DNA of 64,000 nt from a virus. A program made the translations under genes and the position numbers. Shown here one piece after another: positions 10,630 through 18,365 of the stretch. Position 1 is the stretch's first letter; each line of letters starts with the position of its first letter. The notes under the pieces were generated by a model, which did not search any database, was not told where the DNA came from, and saw only the letters and a program-made list of their open reading frames with translations. Location of the stretch: positions 31,796 through 95,795 of IMG/VR virus record IMGVR_UViG_3300021962_000054. The stretch is one strand, 5' to 3'.

Positions 10630-11136
10630 GTGAGCGACGAACCTAAAAAAACAAACACAGCAAAAGGACGAGAGAGTTTCGACATAACAGTTGGAAACTC
10701 TCTTGTTTCCTTTTTCAATAGGAACATCACTGAATATCCTACAGAAGTAGGCGCACCTAAGTTTGATCTAGTTCCAGTAACTAAACAAAAAGATATCATG
10801 ATCAATGTGGCTAGATTACATGCTAGCCAAGAATATGATCGTATCATGGAACTAGTCAATGTCTTACAAAAGCAAGCACAGCAGATCAAACGCAGGCTTG
10901 AACTAACAGACATGGTACATGGAGCAGAATACAAGTTTCAATTGTATCATAATCAATGCTACTGGTTGGTATGGGACCATACTAAAAATCTCTCAAGGCT
11001 AACACCATTAGGACCTAATGATTGGGTGACTGGAGTACCTAGAGATTATGAGTACGTCTGTAGAGTAAGATGGTTGGGCGATTACACTTGGATCGAAGTC
11101 AACGAAGATGGCACAGATGGAATCCAAACACTTTGA
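10630..11136 (+). CDS. DUF2452-like protein
   Basis: YPTEVGAPKF, coiled coil, L.P.DW, DYTW pattern. Confidence 0.65.
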   Translation: MSDEPKKTNTAKGRESFDITVGNSLVSFFNRNITEYPTEVGAPKFDLVPVTKQKDIMINVARLHASQEYDRIMELVNVLQKQAQQIKRRLELTDMVHGAEYKFQLYHNQCYWLVWDHTKNLSRLTPLGPNDWVTGVPRDYEYVCRVRWLGDYTWIEVNEDGTDGIQTL

Positions 11137-11470
11137 TCTAGAACTTGAAATGATGAGTGCTGACTGGTTTCGCAATAAAGTGTGTGAAAGTGAAAGCTAT
11201 GCACAAAACCTTTATGCTGCTATGTGTAATAATCAATTCGTAAAAAATGATGTATGGCCTATACTAGAAGATAAACGCTGGGGTTGTAGTTGGCGTTATG
11301 CGGGCGGAATCATTGCTGATCTACGCGAAGAAGGCGATTACATAGATTGGTATTGTAGCGGGATTGGAGCTGACAAGGATAACAAGTTTGTTAGTGAAGG
11401 TCATGTCACAGATGAAATACGAGATGATCTATTGAAACTAGGTTGGATAATTATAGTTAGCGAAGATTGA
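11108..11470 (+). CDS. conserved hypothetical phage protein
   Basis: YAQNLYAAMCN, SWRYAGG, DYIDWYCSG motifs. Confidence 0.75.
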   Translation: MAQMESKHFDLELEMMSADWFRNKVCESESYAQNLYAAMCNNQFVKNDVWPILEDKRWGCSWRYAGGIIADLREEGDYIDWYCSGIGADKDNKFVSEGHVTDEIRDDLLKLGWIIIVSED

Positions 11471-11481
11471 TAAATAACCAT

Positions 11482-11646
11482 ATGATAGATTTGCGTAATT
11501 TAGGTGGTGGGAAAAAATTGATAAAGGAAGTCATGGGCAAAAGTAAACCTGCCAACCAGCCATGGACAAAGCAAAATCAATATAAATCTGTCAAGAAACA
11601 GAAAAACGTGTACAGCCCAGGTACGCGCCCTAAAAACATTTTCTAA
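11482..11646 (+). CDS. small basic hypothetical protein (54 aa)
   Basis: Read manually; TAAATA 5 nt upstream of the ATG. Confidence 0.5.
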   Translation: MIDLRNLGGGKKLIKEVMGKSKPANQPWTKQNQYKSVKKQKNVYSPGTRPKNIF

Positions 11647-11651
11647 ACATC

Positions 11652-11825
11652 ATGGATAAAGTAGAAAGTCCCTGCATCAGTGTATGCAGAGTAAAAAATG
11701 GAATATGTATTGGCTGCTTTAGATCAAGTAAAGAGATCATGGAGTGGTACGATGCCGATACTCCTAGAAAAAAACAGATTGTAGAAGATGCCCGAACACG
11801 CAAAAAAACCTTTGAAGAAATGTGA
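11652..11825 (+). CDS. DUF1289 family (predicted Fe-S) protein
   Basis: Read manually: MDKVESPCISVC...CIGCFRS..EI..W. Confidence 0.85.
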   Translation: MDKVESPCISVCRVKNGICIGCFRSSKEIMEWYDADTPRKKQIVEDARTRKKTFEEM

Positions 11826-11985
11826 ATCTTGCCATACAGCTATAAAAAGTAAAAGTAAGTTACGATTTTTACTTCCTATAGTATGTGTTGCAATATTTGT
11901 ATTTGCGGCGGTTGATCAATTTTTACTATAAATAAATTGGTCAAATGAAGGCAAGCTACATACTATTCATTTACAGGAGATAAAG

Positions 11986-12558
11986 ATGAAAACAGTCGGA
12001 GATAAGTTAGGTTCATTCGCAGTAACTGGTGTAAAGCCAGGTAAGTTGACCCCAGATGACGCTTTTGAAACAATTACGGATAAGAGTTTTGAAGGCAAGT
12101 GGAAGGTAATCGTTTACTATCCAAAAGATTTCACATTCGTCTGCCCAACTGAGATCGTTGCTTATGACAAACTAAACAAGGATTTCGCTGACCGTGACGC
12201 TGTATTATTGATCGGTTCAACTGACAATGAATTCTGTAAGTTAGCATGGCGTTCAGCACATGAAGATTTGAAGAAGACCAATAGCTGGATGTTTGCTGAC
12301 ACACAACGTGATTCATACAGCGACAGCGATGGTTGGAAGAATCTAAGCCTAGTCGATCAGTTAGGTGCATTCTATGCACCAGCCGGCGCAGCATTACGTG
12401 CCACTTTCATCGTTGATCCAGAGAACGTCATTCAGCACGTTACTGTCAACAACTTGAATGTTGGTCGTAGCCCAGAAGAAACATTGCGTGTATTAGACGC
12501 TTGCCAGACAGGCGAACTATGCCCATGTAATCGCACTATTGGTGGCGAGACACTATAA
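11986..12558 (+). CDS. ahpC: peroxiredoxin AhpC
   Basis: YPKDFTFVCPTE, RATFIVDP, GR..EE.LR, ELCPC. Confidence 0.96.
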   Translation: MKTVGDKLGSFAVTGVKPGKLTPDDAFETITDKSFEGKWKVIVYYPKDFTFVCPTEIVAYDKLNKDFADRDAVLLIGSTDNEFCKLAWRSAHEDLKKTNSWMFADTQRDSYSDSDGWKNLSLVDQLGAFYAPAGAALRATFIVDPENVIQHVTVNNLNVGRSPEETLRVLDACQTGELCPCNRTIGGETL

Positions 12559-13085
12559 TGCGCGGTTGGGTAGAAATTATCAAGGATAGCATTCCTGATC
12601 ATAGCAAAGATATCAGATTGAATCTTGATAGTGTTATCAATCGTAGTCTATTGAGTGTAGAAGATACACATGCTTGCGCACTAACAGCAGCACTAGCAGC
12701 CGGCAACGGTGAACTAGCATATGCTATCATGACAAGTGGCGAACTAGATAATTTCACAGCCGAGATGGAAGCAGCGAAAACTGCTGCTAGTCTTATGGGC
12801 ATGAATAATGTCTGGTATCCATTTGTTGAAATGTGTAACGATCCTGAACTAAAGGGACTACCTGCAGGACTACGCATGAATGCTTATGCTACACACGGTG
12901 GAGTATCAAAGAAAAAGTTTGAACTCTATGCATTAGTAGCAAGTGCTATCGGTAAGTGTCATTTCTGTGTAAAGAATCACTATGATGTATTACGCAAAGA
13001 AGGCATGACTGTACAAGAGTTGCATCACGCTGGTAAGATCGCTAGTGTTATCAATTCGATTGGAAAGGTCGCCCCACCAGTCTAA
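12558..13085 (+). CDS. ahpD: alkyl hydroperoxide reductase AhpD
   Basis: KDIRLNL, MGMNNVWY, SAIGKCHFCVKNH (CxxC); translationally coupled to ahpC. Confidence 0.93.
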   Translation: MRGWVEIIKDSIPDHSKDIRLNLDSVINRSLLSVEDTHACALTAALAAGNGELAYAIMTSGELDNFTAEMEAAKTAASLMGMNNVWYPFVEMCNDPELKGLPAGLRMNAYATHGGVSKKKFELYALVASAIGKCHFCVKNHYDVLRKEGMTVQELHHAGKIASVINSIGKVAPPV

Positions 13086-13652
13086 TCATTTCTTGCCTAT
13101 AAGCATATAGCGATCATATTTTAGATGATCATAGTCATAAGTTCGGCAACCTTCAAATAGAATATTCGATAAAGGATATTTCTGTTTGAAGGTTTCCATA
13201 TCTGGAATATGATTACGAATTATCCAGTTTGGATATTGATTTTTTATTTCCGGCGAAAGATTTATAGTCTGTAGGCAAATTAGTTTCCCTTCAGGAACTA
13301 GGTCATACCAGTCAATACCGATGTCTTCTACGCTAGTTGATACTATAACATCATATGATTTATAGTCTACGTCTTTTGCATCTTTACAAATATTGCTGAC
13401 TTTTTGGTCTTTATTGATCATCCATGCATCATTGATTTGATTGGATTTAGATATTGACTCTATGTCAACATCATATCCGTCAATATGATTGTAAAGGTCT
13501 TGATTTCTAGCTAGGAGCATGAACGCTAAGACATTATACCAAGATCCTATTATGGCGACTGATTGTGGCTTTTCTGATAGTAACGGTTCTAAACTCTCAC
13601 ATAACCAAAGCTTGCTTTGAATTTGCCCATGACTAAATGCTGAAAAATCCAT
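13086..13652 (-). CDS. putative SAM-dependent methyltransferase-like protein
   Basis: SKLWL, IIGSWY, DVD, TSVE, RYMLIG pattern of a conserved phage family. Confidence 0.6.
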   Translation of the reverse strand: MDFSAFSHGQIQSKLWLCESLEPLLSEKPQSVAIIGSWYNVLAFMLLARNQDLYNHIDGYDVDIESISKSNQINDAWMINKDQKVSNICKDAKDVDYKSYDVIVSTSVEDIGIDWYDLVPEGKLICLQTINLSPEIKNQYPNWIIRNHIPDMETFKQKYPLSNILFEGCRTYDYDHLKYDRYMLIGKK

Positions 13653-13736
13653 ATTATTATTTACGATACAAATAAGGTTTTATAAATAAAGCGTGGACAT
13701 AGTGTTCACATTTTCATTTATACCTAGGAGAAAAAA

Positions 13737-13952
13737 ATGAAGAATGTATTAGTACTTGGTTTAGCCGCTCTAGCATTAGTTGGTTGCGGTGCAAAGGAAG
13801 AAGCCGCAGTTGAAGCCGCAGCAGTTGAAGCACCTGTCGTAGAAGAAAATGCAGAGGCTGATGCCGCTGCTGTATTGGAAGAGGCAAAGGTTGCTGCTGA
13901 AGAGAATCAGGCTGAAAAGTCTGTAGCAGACGGCGAAGCACAACCAGAGTAA
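13737..13952 (+). CDS. small acidic Ala/Glu-rich lipoprotein
   Basis: Signal peptide with LVGC lipobox; AGGAG RBS; TATAAATA at 13682. Confidence 0.8.
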   Translation: MKNVLVLGLAALALVGCGAKEEAAVEAAAVEAPVVEENAEADAAAVLEEAKVAAEENQAEKSVADGEAQPE

Positions 13953-13966
13953 GTATAAATAAAGTC

Positions 13967-14053
13967 ATGTTCAATAACTCACATATATGGCAAAGTACTA
14001 CCCAGCAAGAAATGGGTAAAGACCTATGTGCCTATACAGGAGACATAGCGTAA
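13967..14053 (+). CDS. 28-aa leader-like peptide MFNNSHIWQSTTQQEMGKDLCAYTGDIA
   Basis: TATAAATA at 13954-13961, then ATG; followed by a terminator. Confidence 0.35.
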   Translation: MFNNSHIWQSTTQQEMGKDLCAYTGDIA

Positions 14054-14088
14054 CCGGAGTGTAAGTTGTTGATTTGATTAGACTTTCG

Positions 14089-14123
14089 ACCCCGGGCATA
14101 AAAAACCCGGGGTTTTTCGTTTT
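14089..14123 (+). terminator. intrinsic terminator
   Basis: ACCCCGGG-cataaaaaa-CCCGGGGT then a T-rich run. Confidence 0.85.
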
Positions 14124-14128
14124 ATCTA

Positions 14129-14156
14129 TTGACTTTGTTTAGAAATCGTATATAAT
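14129..14156 (+). promoter_or_regulatory. sigma70-type promoter of the tRNA region, with an upstream IHF-consensus site (14062-14074)
   Basis: TTGACT-N16-TATAAT; TAAGTTGTTGATT is the reverse complement of WATCAANNNNTTR. Confidence 0.7.
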
Positions 14157-14164
14157 GCTTAGAT

Positions 14165-14386
14165 AGTGTTGAAAGGGGAACGAGGCTCCGCGAGACACTT
14201 TAAAATTATCGCATACGGGCGGACAGTATACATGAAAGGGTTGGCGACAACTACCCAAGTAAGACTACTGACTAGGGCTTGACCCTAGTATAGCAAAGGA
14301 AACTTTGCTATTCTGTAAACATATACAAGAAAGAGGCCCCAGGCCCCTGACGCATGGAAAAGGCATTGTGTATGTTTACAGAATAG
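14165..14386 (+). ncRNA. unassigned structured RNA A (leader of the tRNA array)
   Basis: Non-coding and GC-richer; hairpins GTTG-gcga-CAAC, ACTAGGG/CCCTAGT, TAGCAAAG-gaaa-CTTTGCTA; 21-bp stem 14308-14328/14366-14386. Confidence 0.55.
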
Positions 14387-14398
14387 TAAATAGATTGC

Positions 14399-14474
14399 GC
14401 CCCGGTAGCTCAGTTGGTAGAGCAGCGGATTAGTAACCCGCAGGTCGGAAGTTCAACCCTTCTCTGGGGCACCA
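14399..14474 (+). tRNA. tRNA-Thr(AGT)
   Basis: Cloverleaf; anticodon loop TT-AGT-AA; G1-C72, C2-G71; CCA. Confidence 0.85.
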
Positions 14475-14481
14475 TTTTTTT

Positions 14482-15225
14482 ATGAAGTATACTTTAGGAC
14501 CTATAGACAGACAAAAAGAATTAGATTTTCATCTTATTCCTTTTAGGAATAAAGGCTTGACTGTGCCAGGCATTTTAGGTGGATACACTAAGTTGGGTGT
14601 ATACTTTTCTGGTGGGTTAGATTCTACGATTACATTATGTTTGATACTTGATGAATTGCGTAAATCAAGAAAAATAGAAGAAGTTTCAGTAACATGTTTT
14701 ACTGTAGTCAAAACATCTGGCTCTACTTATTATGCTAGTAGGATGCTAGAAAAGGTCAGAAAAGTATTTGATTGTGATATAAATCATATCACTAACTTAG
14801 ATAATCCTGATATTGATAAAACACCGACACCCTTGTCGTTTTCAACGATAGCAGAGTTGGTTGGTCAATATAAAGATACATTATTTTTTACAGGACTGAT
14901 GTCTTATCCTGATAGCAAAGAAAAAGATTTTGTATATAAAGAGTCGATGAGCAATATTCCTAATATTGGATTGCGGAATTACAAGGTGGTACAACCTTTG
15001 ACTCATTTATATAAATATCATGTAGTTGATTTGTACTATCAAATGAATCTTGATAGCCTCATACCTTACACTCATACATGTACAAAACAATCCATAGGTA
15101 CTTGTAATATGTGTACGGGATGCGAAGAAAGACAGTGGGCGTTTGATGTTCTCAGTAAAACTGACCCTGAACCTATAATGCCTGACATCGAGGATCTGTC
15201 AAATAACGGCAGTTGGAAATTTTAG
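14482..15225 (+). CDS. QueC-like PP-loop ATPase
   Basis: FSGGLDST PP-loop; THTC-x7-CNMCTGC Zn motif. Confidence 0.75.
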   Translation: MKYTLGPIDRQKELDFHLIPFRNKGLTVPGILGGYTKLGVYFSGGLDSTITLCLILDELRKSRKIEEVSVTCFTVVKTSGSTYYASRMLEKVRKVFDCDINHITNLDNPDIDKTPTPLSFSTIAELVGQYKDTLFFTGLMSYPDSKEKDFVYKESMSNIPNIGLRNYKVVQPLTHLYKYHVVDLYYQMNLDSLIPYTHTCTKQSIGTCNMCTGCEERQWAFDVLSKTDPEPIMPDIEDLSNNGSWKF

Positions 15226-15230
15226 TTTAT

Positions 15231-15305
15231 GGACCCATCGTCTAACGGTTAGGACTCAGCCCTTTCACGGCTGCAATAGGGATTCGAATTCCCTTGGGTT
15301 CACCA
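15231..15305 (+). tRNA. tRNA-Glu(TTC)
   Basis: Cloverleaf, CT-TTC-AC, CCA. Confidence 0.95.
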
Positions 15306-15377
15306 TATTTTTGTGGTAAGATGATTGATTAGGCATCATCACGATAGTTCGCGGGTGTGCGGGCGACTATCACTTTT

Positions 15378-15451
15378 CCCGGGTTGGTCTATCGGTATGA
15401 CAGCGGTCTCCAAAACCGTTAGGGGCGGTTCGACTCCGTCACTCGGGGCCA
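15378..15451 (+). tRNA. tRNA-Trp(CCA)
   Basis: Cloverleaf, CT-CCA-AA, G73, CCA. Confidence 0.9.
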
Positions 15452-15457
15452 TTTTAT

Positions 15458-15531
15458 TGAGGCGTCGTCTAACGGCAGGACAGCAGGTTTTGATCCTGCT
15501 TATCGTGGTTCGAATCCATGCGCCTCAGCCA
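15458..15531 (+). tRNA. tRNA-Gln(TTG)
   Basis: T1-A72, TT-TTG-AT, G73, CCA. Confidence 0.95.
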
Positions 15532-15811
15532 GGCTTGATGACCTGCAGGCATGTCTGACGGGTTCATCCTATCAGTGTGAGGGCTTTTCCGTTTCGGTAG
15601 CACTGATTGATATATGAGGTAGAACGGAATGTAAACCATATGTTGTAACCATATGGTTAAGAACAAGCCTTAGATGGTAGTTACTGGTATAATGCGAGGT
15701 TGTCTGTTAGTAGCGTGAATACAACAAATGGAAACAGAATAGTCTATGTTGCGTGGGGGCATAGATGAAACTAAACTGAATGGTTGATAGCCGTGCGGTT
15801 AGCCCACGCCA
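15532..15811 (+). ncRNA. unassigned structured RNA B with two potential pseudoknots, ending in CCA
   Basis: GGCTTG/CAAGCC closing stem; loop TTCCGTT pairs with AACGGAA; loop GCGTGGG pairs with CCCACGC. Confidence 0.6.
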
Positions 15812-15870
15812 TATTAGTTGTAATGTAATTATATTATGTTATAATTAGTATCTAACAACAGGAGATATTT

Positions 15871-16359
15871 GTGACTATACTGAATCTTATTGATCCAAAG
15901 TTGTTAGATGCTGAAGTTGAAGATCCACGTTATGTGAATAGTCCTTTTCGCCATCTAAAACAACTAAGTGCCAAACAAAAAGGCAAACGCTATGAACTGA
16001 TTACTGAATGCGTAGTCCGTAAATTAGGACATACTGTCAGTAAGCCAACTGATACTGATCATGATCGTATCGTGGATGGTTTGAAAGTCGAGATCAAAGG
16101 TAGCACTCTAAACAAGAATACAGATCATTTCTCATTCTTGCAGATACGACCCGATCAAGATTATGATAAAATTTATTTCACTATGTTCTATCCCACTGAA
16201 TTAGTCATCATGGAGATGACTAAATCAAAGGTTCTTGAAAACATTGCTAATGGCAATTTCAAGAAGCAACATGGTGGCAACAAGGCTGATAGCGGTACAT
16301 ATCTTTATTATGGTAATCGTGAGAGCCTTGTAAATATAGGAGCGACATTTGTACAATGA
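15871..16359 (+). CDS. PD-(D/E)XK nuclease, restriction-endonuclease-like
   Basis: KG..YE ... DHDRIVDGLKVEIKGS motif; coupled to a methyltransferase. Confidence 0.65.
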   Translation: MTILNLIDPKLLDAEVEDPRYVNSPFRHLKQLSAKQKGKRYELITECVVRKLGHTVSKPTDTDHDRIVDGLKVEIKGSTLNKNTDHFSFLQIRPDQDYDKIYFTMFYPTELVIMEMTKSKVLENIANGNFKKQHGGNKADSGTYLYYGNRESLVNIGATFVQ

Positions 16360-17288
16360 GTGAACCCGCACTAGATCCCAATATCACAACTCAGGAGTTG
16401 ATGGCGATAGATTATCGTTACAACTATACTGAGAAAGAACTATTGGCTGATTGGGTAAAACTCAAAAATACAACAGAGTTCAAGAAGGGCAGTCAATTCA
16501 AGCCCGGCATGAAACTCTGTCAACACTTCTTTCCTAACTTTTGGAATATCAAAAGTAGTGGCGGTGTGTCATTTGCTGATTGCTGGCAAGACCATGCTCT
16601 AATGGATAAAGTACGATTGTGGGGCAAACAAGGCATGAGTCAGTTGTGGCTCTCTTGGGTGCGCCGTGCCGTGTTCATGGCTGGTGGACTACCTAACAGT
16701 AGTTTCTATCGCCCGCACTTTTCAAGACAAGTCATATTGAATACTGGTAAGGATGAAGGCACATTGTTTGATCCTTGCGCGGGTTGGGGCGGTCGTATGT
16801 TAGGCACTGTTAGTGCTGGCTGGCATTATATTGCTTGCGAGCCAAACGTCGAGACATATAACAATCTCAACATTCTAATTGATTTTCTTGGTATACGTGA
16901 TAGTGTTACATTATACAATATACCAGCAGAGACGTTTGACTACAAGAATCATAGTAAGGTAGATGTCGTATTGACAAGTCCACCTTACTTCAATCTTGAG
17001 GTTTATACTACTGATAGCAATCAAAGTTATCATAAGCATAATACATTTGATATATGGGTAACCAATTGGTTAGAACCATTGATCAATAATTGTGTCGATA
17101 TGCTCAAAGATGATGGACTATCAGTATGGAATGTCATGAATTTCAACAATTGTCATCTGGCAAGTAGTGTCATTGACATCCATACAAAGTTGAATTATAG
17201 TTGTAAGTACACATTAGGTTTTCAGAGTCCTATCGCAAACATTAGAACTGTGAAAAATAAAGACCTAACATATGTATTTGCTAAATAA
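16356..17288 (+). CDS. amino-DNA methyltransferase (N4-C/N6-A type)
   Basis: FDPCAGWGG motif I and TSPPY motif IV. Confidence 0.88.
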   Translation: MSEPALDPNITTQELMAIDYRYNYTEKELLADWVKLKNTTEFKKGSQFKPGMKLCQHFFPNFWNIKSSGGVSFADCWQDHALMDKVRLWGKQGMSQLWLSWVRRAVFMAGGLPNSSFYRPHFSRQVILNTGKDEGTLFDPCAGWGGRMLGTVSAGWHYIACEPNVETYNNLNILIDFLGIRDSVTLYNIPAETFDYKNHSKVDVVLTSPPYFNLEVYTTDSNQSYHKHNTFDIWVTNWLEPLINNCVDMLKDDGLSVWNVMNFNNCHLASSVIDIHTKLNYSCKYTLGFQSPIANIRTVKNKDLTYVFAK

Positions 17289-17293
17289 GTTTT

Positions 17294-17450
17294 GTGAGAG
17301 TCCGAGAGCGAAGAGTCTAACCCACTACCTGGCTATCGAGGATGAACCGATCTGTTGTTAGTTCTGTTCCCGCTTATTAGGGTGTGCTGTGGTGGCACTG
17401 GAAACAACAGAGGGCGATCTGCCCTTCAACGGATATGATAGCACTCTCAC
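17294..17450 (+). ncRNA. unassigned structured RNA C
   Basis: GTGAGAGT/ACTCTCAC terminal stem, nested GCTATC/GATAGC, TCTGTTGTT/AACAACAGA, AGGGC/GCCCT; TAAATA 6 nt upstream. Confidence 0.6.
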
Positions 17451-17469
17451 ACCTATATAGGAAGTGTTT

Positions 17470-17715
17470 ATGTTTGAGGCTTTTTTAGAATGGTTGAATC
17501 CTAAAGTCGTTAGAGATACTTCTAATGACAGATTAGAAGAACCAGTTCGTATCAAGAAAAAGCCAACAGCAGAAGTTTACAAAGATAAGAAAGGTGAATT
17601 TCGCTGGCGTATAATCTCACATACAGGTGAGATTATAGGTGCAAGTTGTGAAGGTTATTCGTCAAAAGCAAGTTGTCAAAACAATTTGAAAACGATAACT
17701 AGTCTAAAGTTCTAA
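17470..17715 (+). CDS. YegP/DUF1508 family protein
   Basis: YKDKKGEFRWR...GEIIG.S.EGYSSK..C. Confidence 0.85.
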   Translation: MFEAFLEWLNPKVVRDTSNDRLEEPVRIKKKPTAEVYKDKKGEFRWRIISHTGEIIGASCEGYSSKASCQNNLKTITSLKF

Positions 17716-17791
17716 GGGGATGTAGCTCAGTTGGGAGAGCGCCAGCTTTGCAAGCTGGATGTCGTCGGTTCGATCCCGTCCATCTCCACCA
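17716..17791 (+). tRNA. tRNA-Ala(TGC)
   Basis: G3-U70, TT-TGC-AA, CCA. Confidence 0.96.
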
Positions 17792-17798
17792 ATTCTAT

Positions 17799-17873
17799 TG
17801 CGGGATAGAGAAGTAGCAACTCGTCAGGCTCATAACCTGAAGATCGGTGGTGCAAATCCATCTCCCGCTACCA
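17799..17873 (+). tRNA. initiator tRNA-fMet(CAT)
   Basis: Unpaired 1:72 (T:T), TCAGG-CTCATAA-CCTGA anticodon arm, CCA. Confidence 0.85.
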
Positions 17874-17878
17874 AATTC

Positions 17879-17968
17879 TGAGTGTGAAAACAATACAAAG
17901 GGTGGTATGTAGTGGGGACTGTCCCCGTGAGGACCGGGATGCCCTACTAGCAACACTAGACACACTCA
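17879..17968 (+). ncRNA. unassigned structured RNA D
   Basis: TGAGTGTG/CACACTCA closing stem; inner TAGTGGG/CCTACTA and GTCC/GGAC. Confidence 0.5.
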
Positions 17969-17978
17969 TTTTGATTAT

Positions 17979-18056
17979 GTGGAAGTGCCCGAGAGGCCCA
18001 AGGGAAGAGTCTGCAAAACTCTAAAGCCGTCGGTTCGACTCCGACCTTCCACTCCA
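17979..18056 (+). tRNA. tRNA-Cys(GCA)
   Basis: CT-GCA-AA, U73, CCA. Confidence 0.93.
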
Positions 18057-18061
18057 AACGT

Positions 18062-18211
18062 GCAGTCTAATCAACTGCTAGTCTACCCAGACGATGAGAA
18101 ACGGAGTGATGTCCGTAGGGTGGTTCCAGTCTAACCGAACTGGCGCTGGCAATGCGAAAATCCTCTTTGGTCGTGATGCGGTACGAGCGACCGCCGCAGA
18201 GAGGAAGCAAC
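18062..18211 (+). ncRNA. unassigned structured RNA E
   Basis: TGCTAG/CTGGCA junction enclosing CTACCC/GGGTGG, ACGGA/TCCGT and CCAGT/ACTGG; second domain TCCTCT/AGAGGA, GGTCG/CGACC. Confidence 0.55.
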
Positions 18212-18218
18212 TTATTTT

Positions 18219-18305
18219 GGGTGAACGGCGAAGTTGGAGAGTCGCGCCGGACTGTAAATCCGTTGTCTTACGACTGAGTAGGTTCGAATCCTACTTCACC
18301 CACCA
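18219..18305 (+). tRNA. tRNA-Tyr(GTA)
   Basis: CT-GTA-AA, long variable arm, CCA. Confidence 0.95.
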
Positions 18306-18365
18306 ATGTAATCATTTTGTAACACATTATTTTGTAAATAGTGTTACAAAAAAAACGGAGTATAT

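Noticed and set aside
14482-15225. 7-deazaguanine DNA-modification pathway
   Set aside because: Only a divergent QueC-like gene is present; no folE, queD, queE or dpdA in the window
15313-15372. Two small hairpins between tRNA-Glu and tRNA-Trp as a separate ncRNA
   Set aside because: Short imperfect stems only; insufficient support
15532-18211. tmRNA, RNase P RNA, Y RNA, glmS or hammerhead identity for the inter-tRNA RNAs
   Set aside because: No tRNA-like GGGG..TTCRA..CCACCA ends with a tag ORF, no GAGGAAAGTCC, GTCCGA at 17300 lacks the TTGAC partner, and GTC/GAAAC near 15742 lacks CTGATGA-stem II
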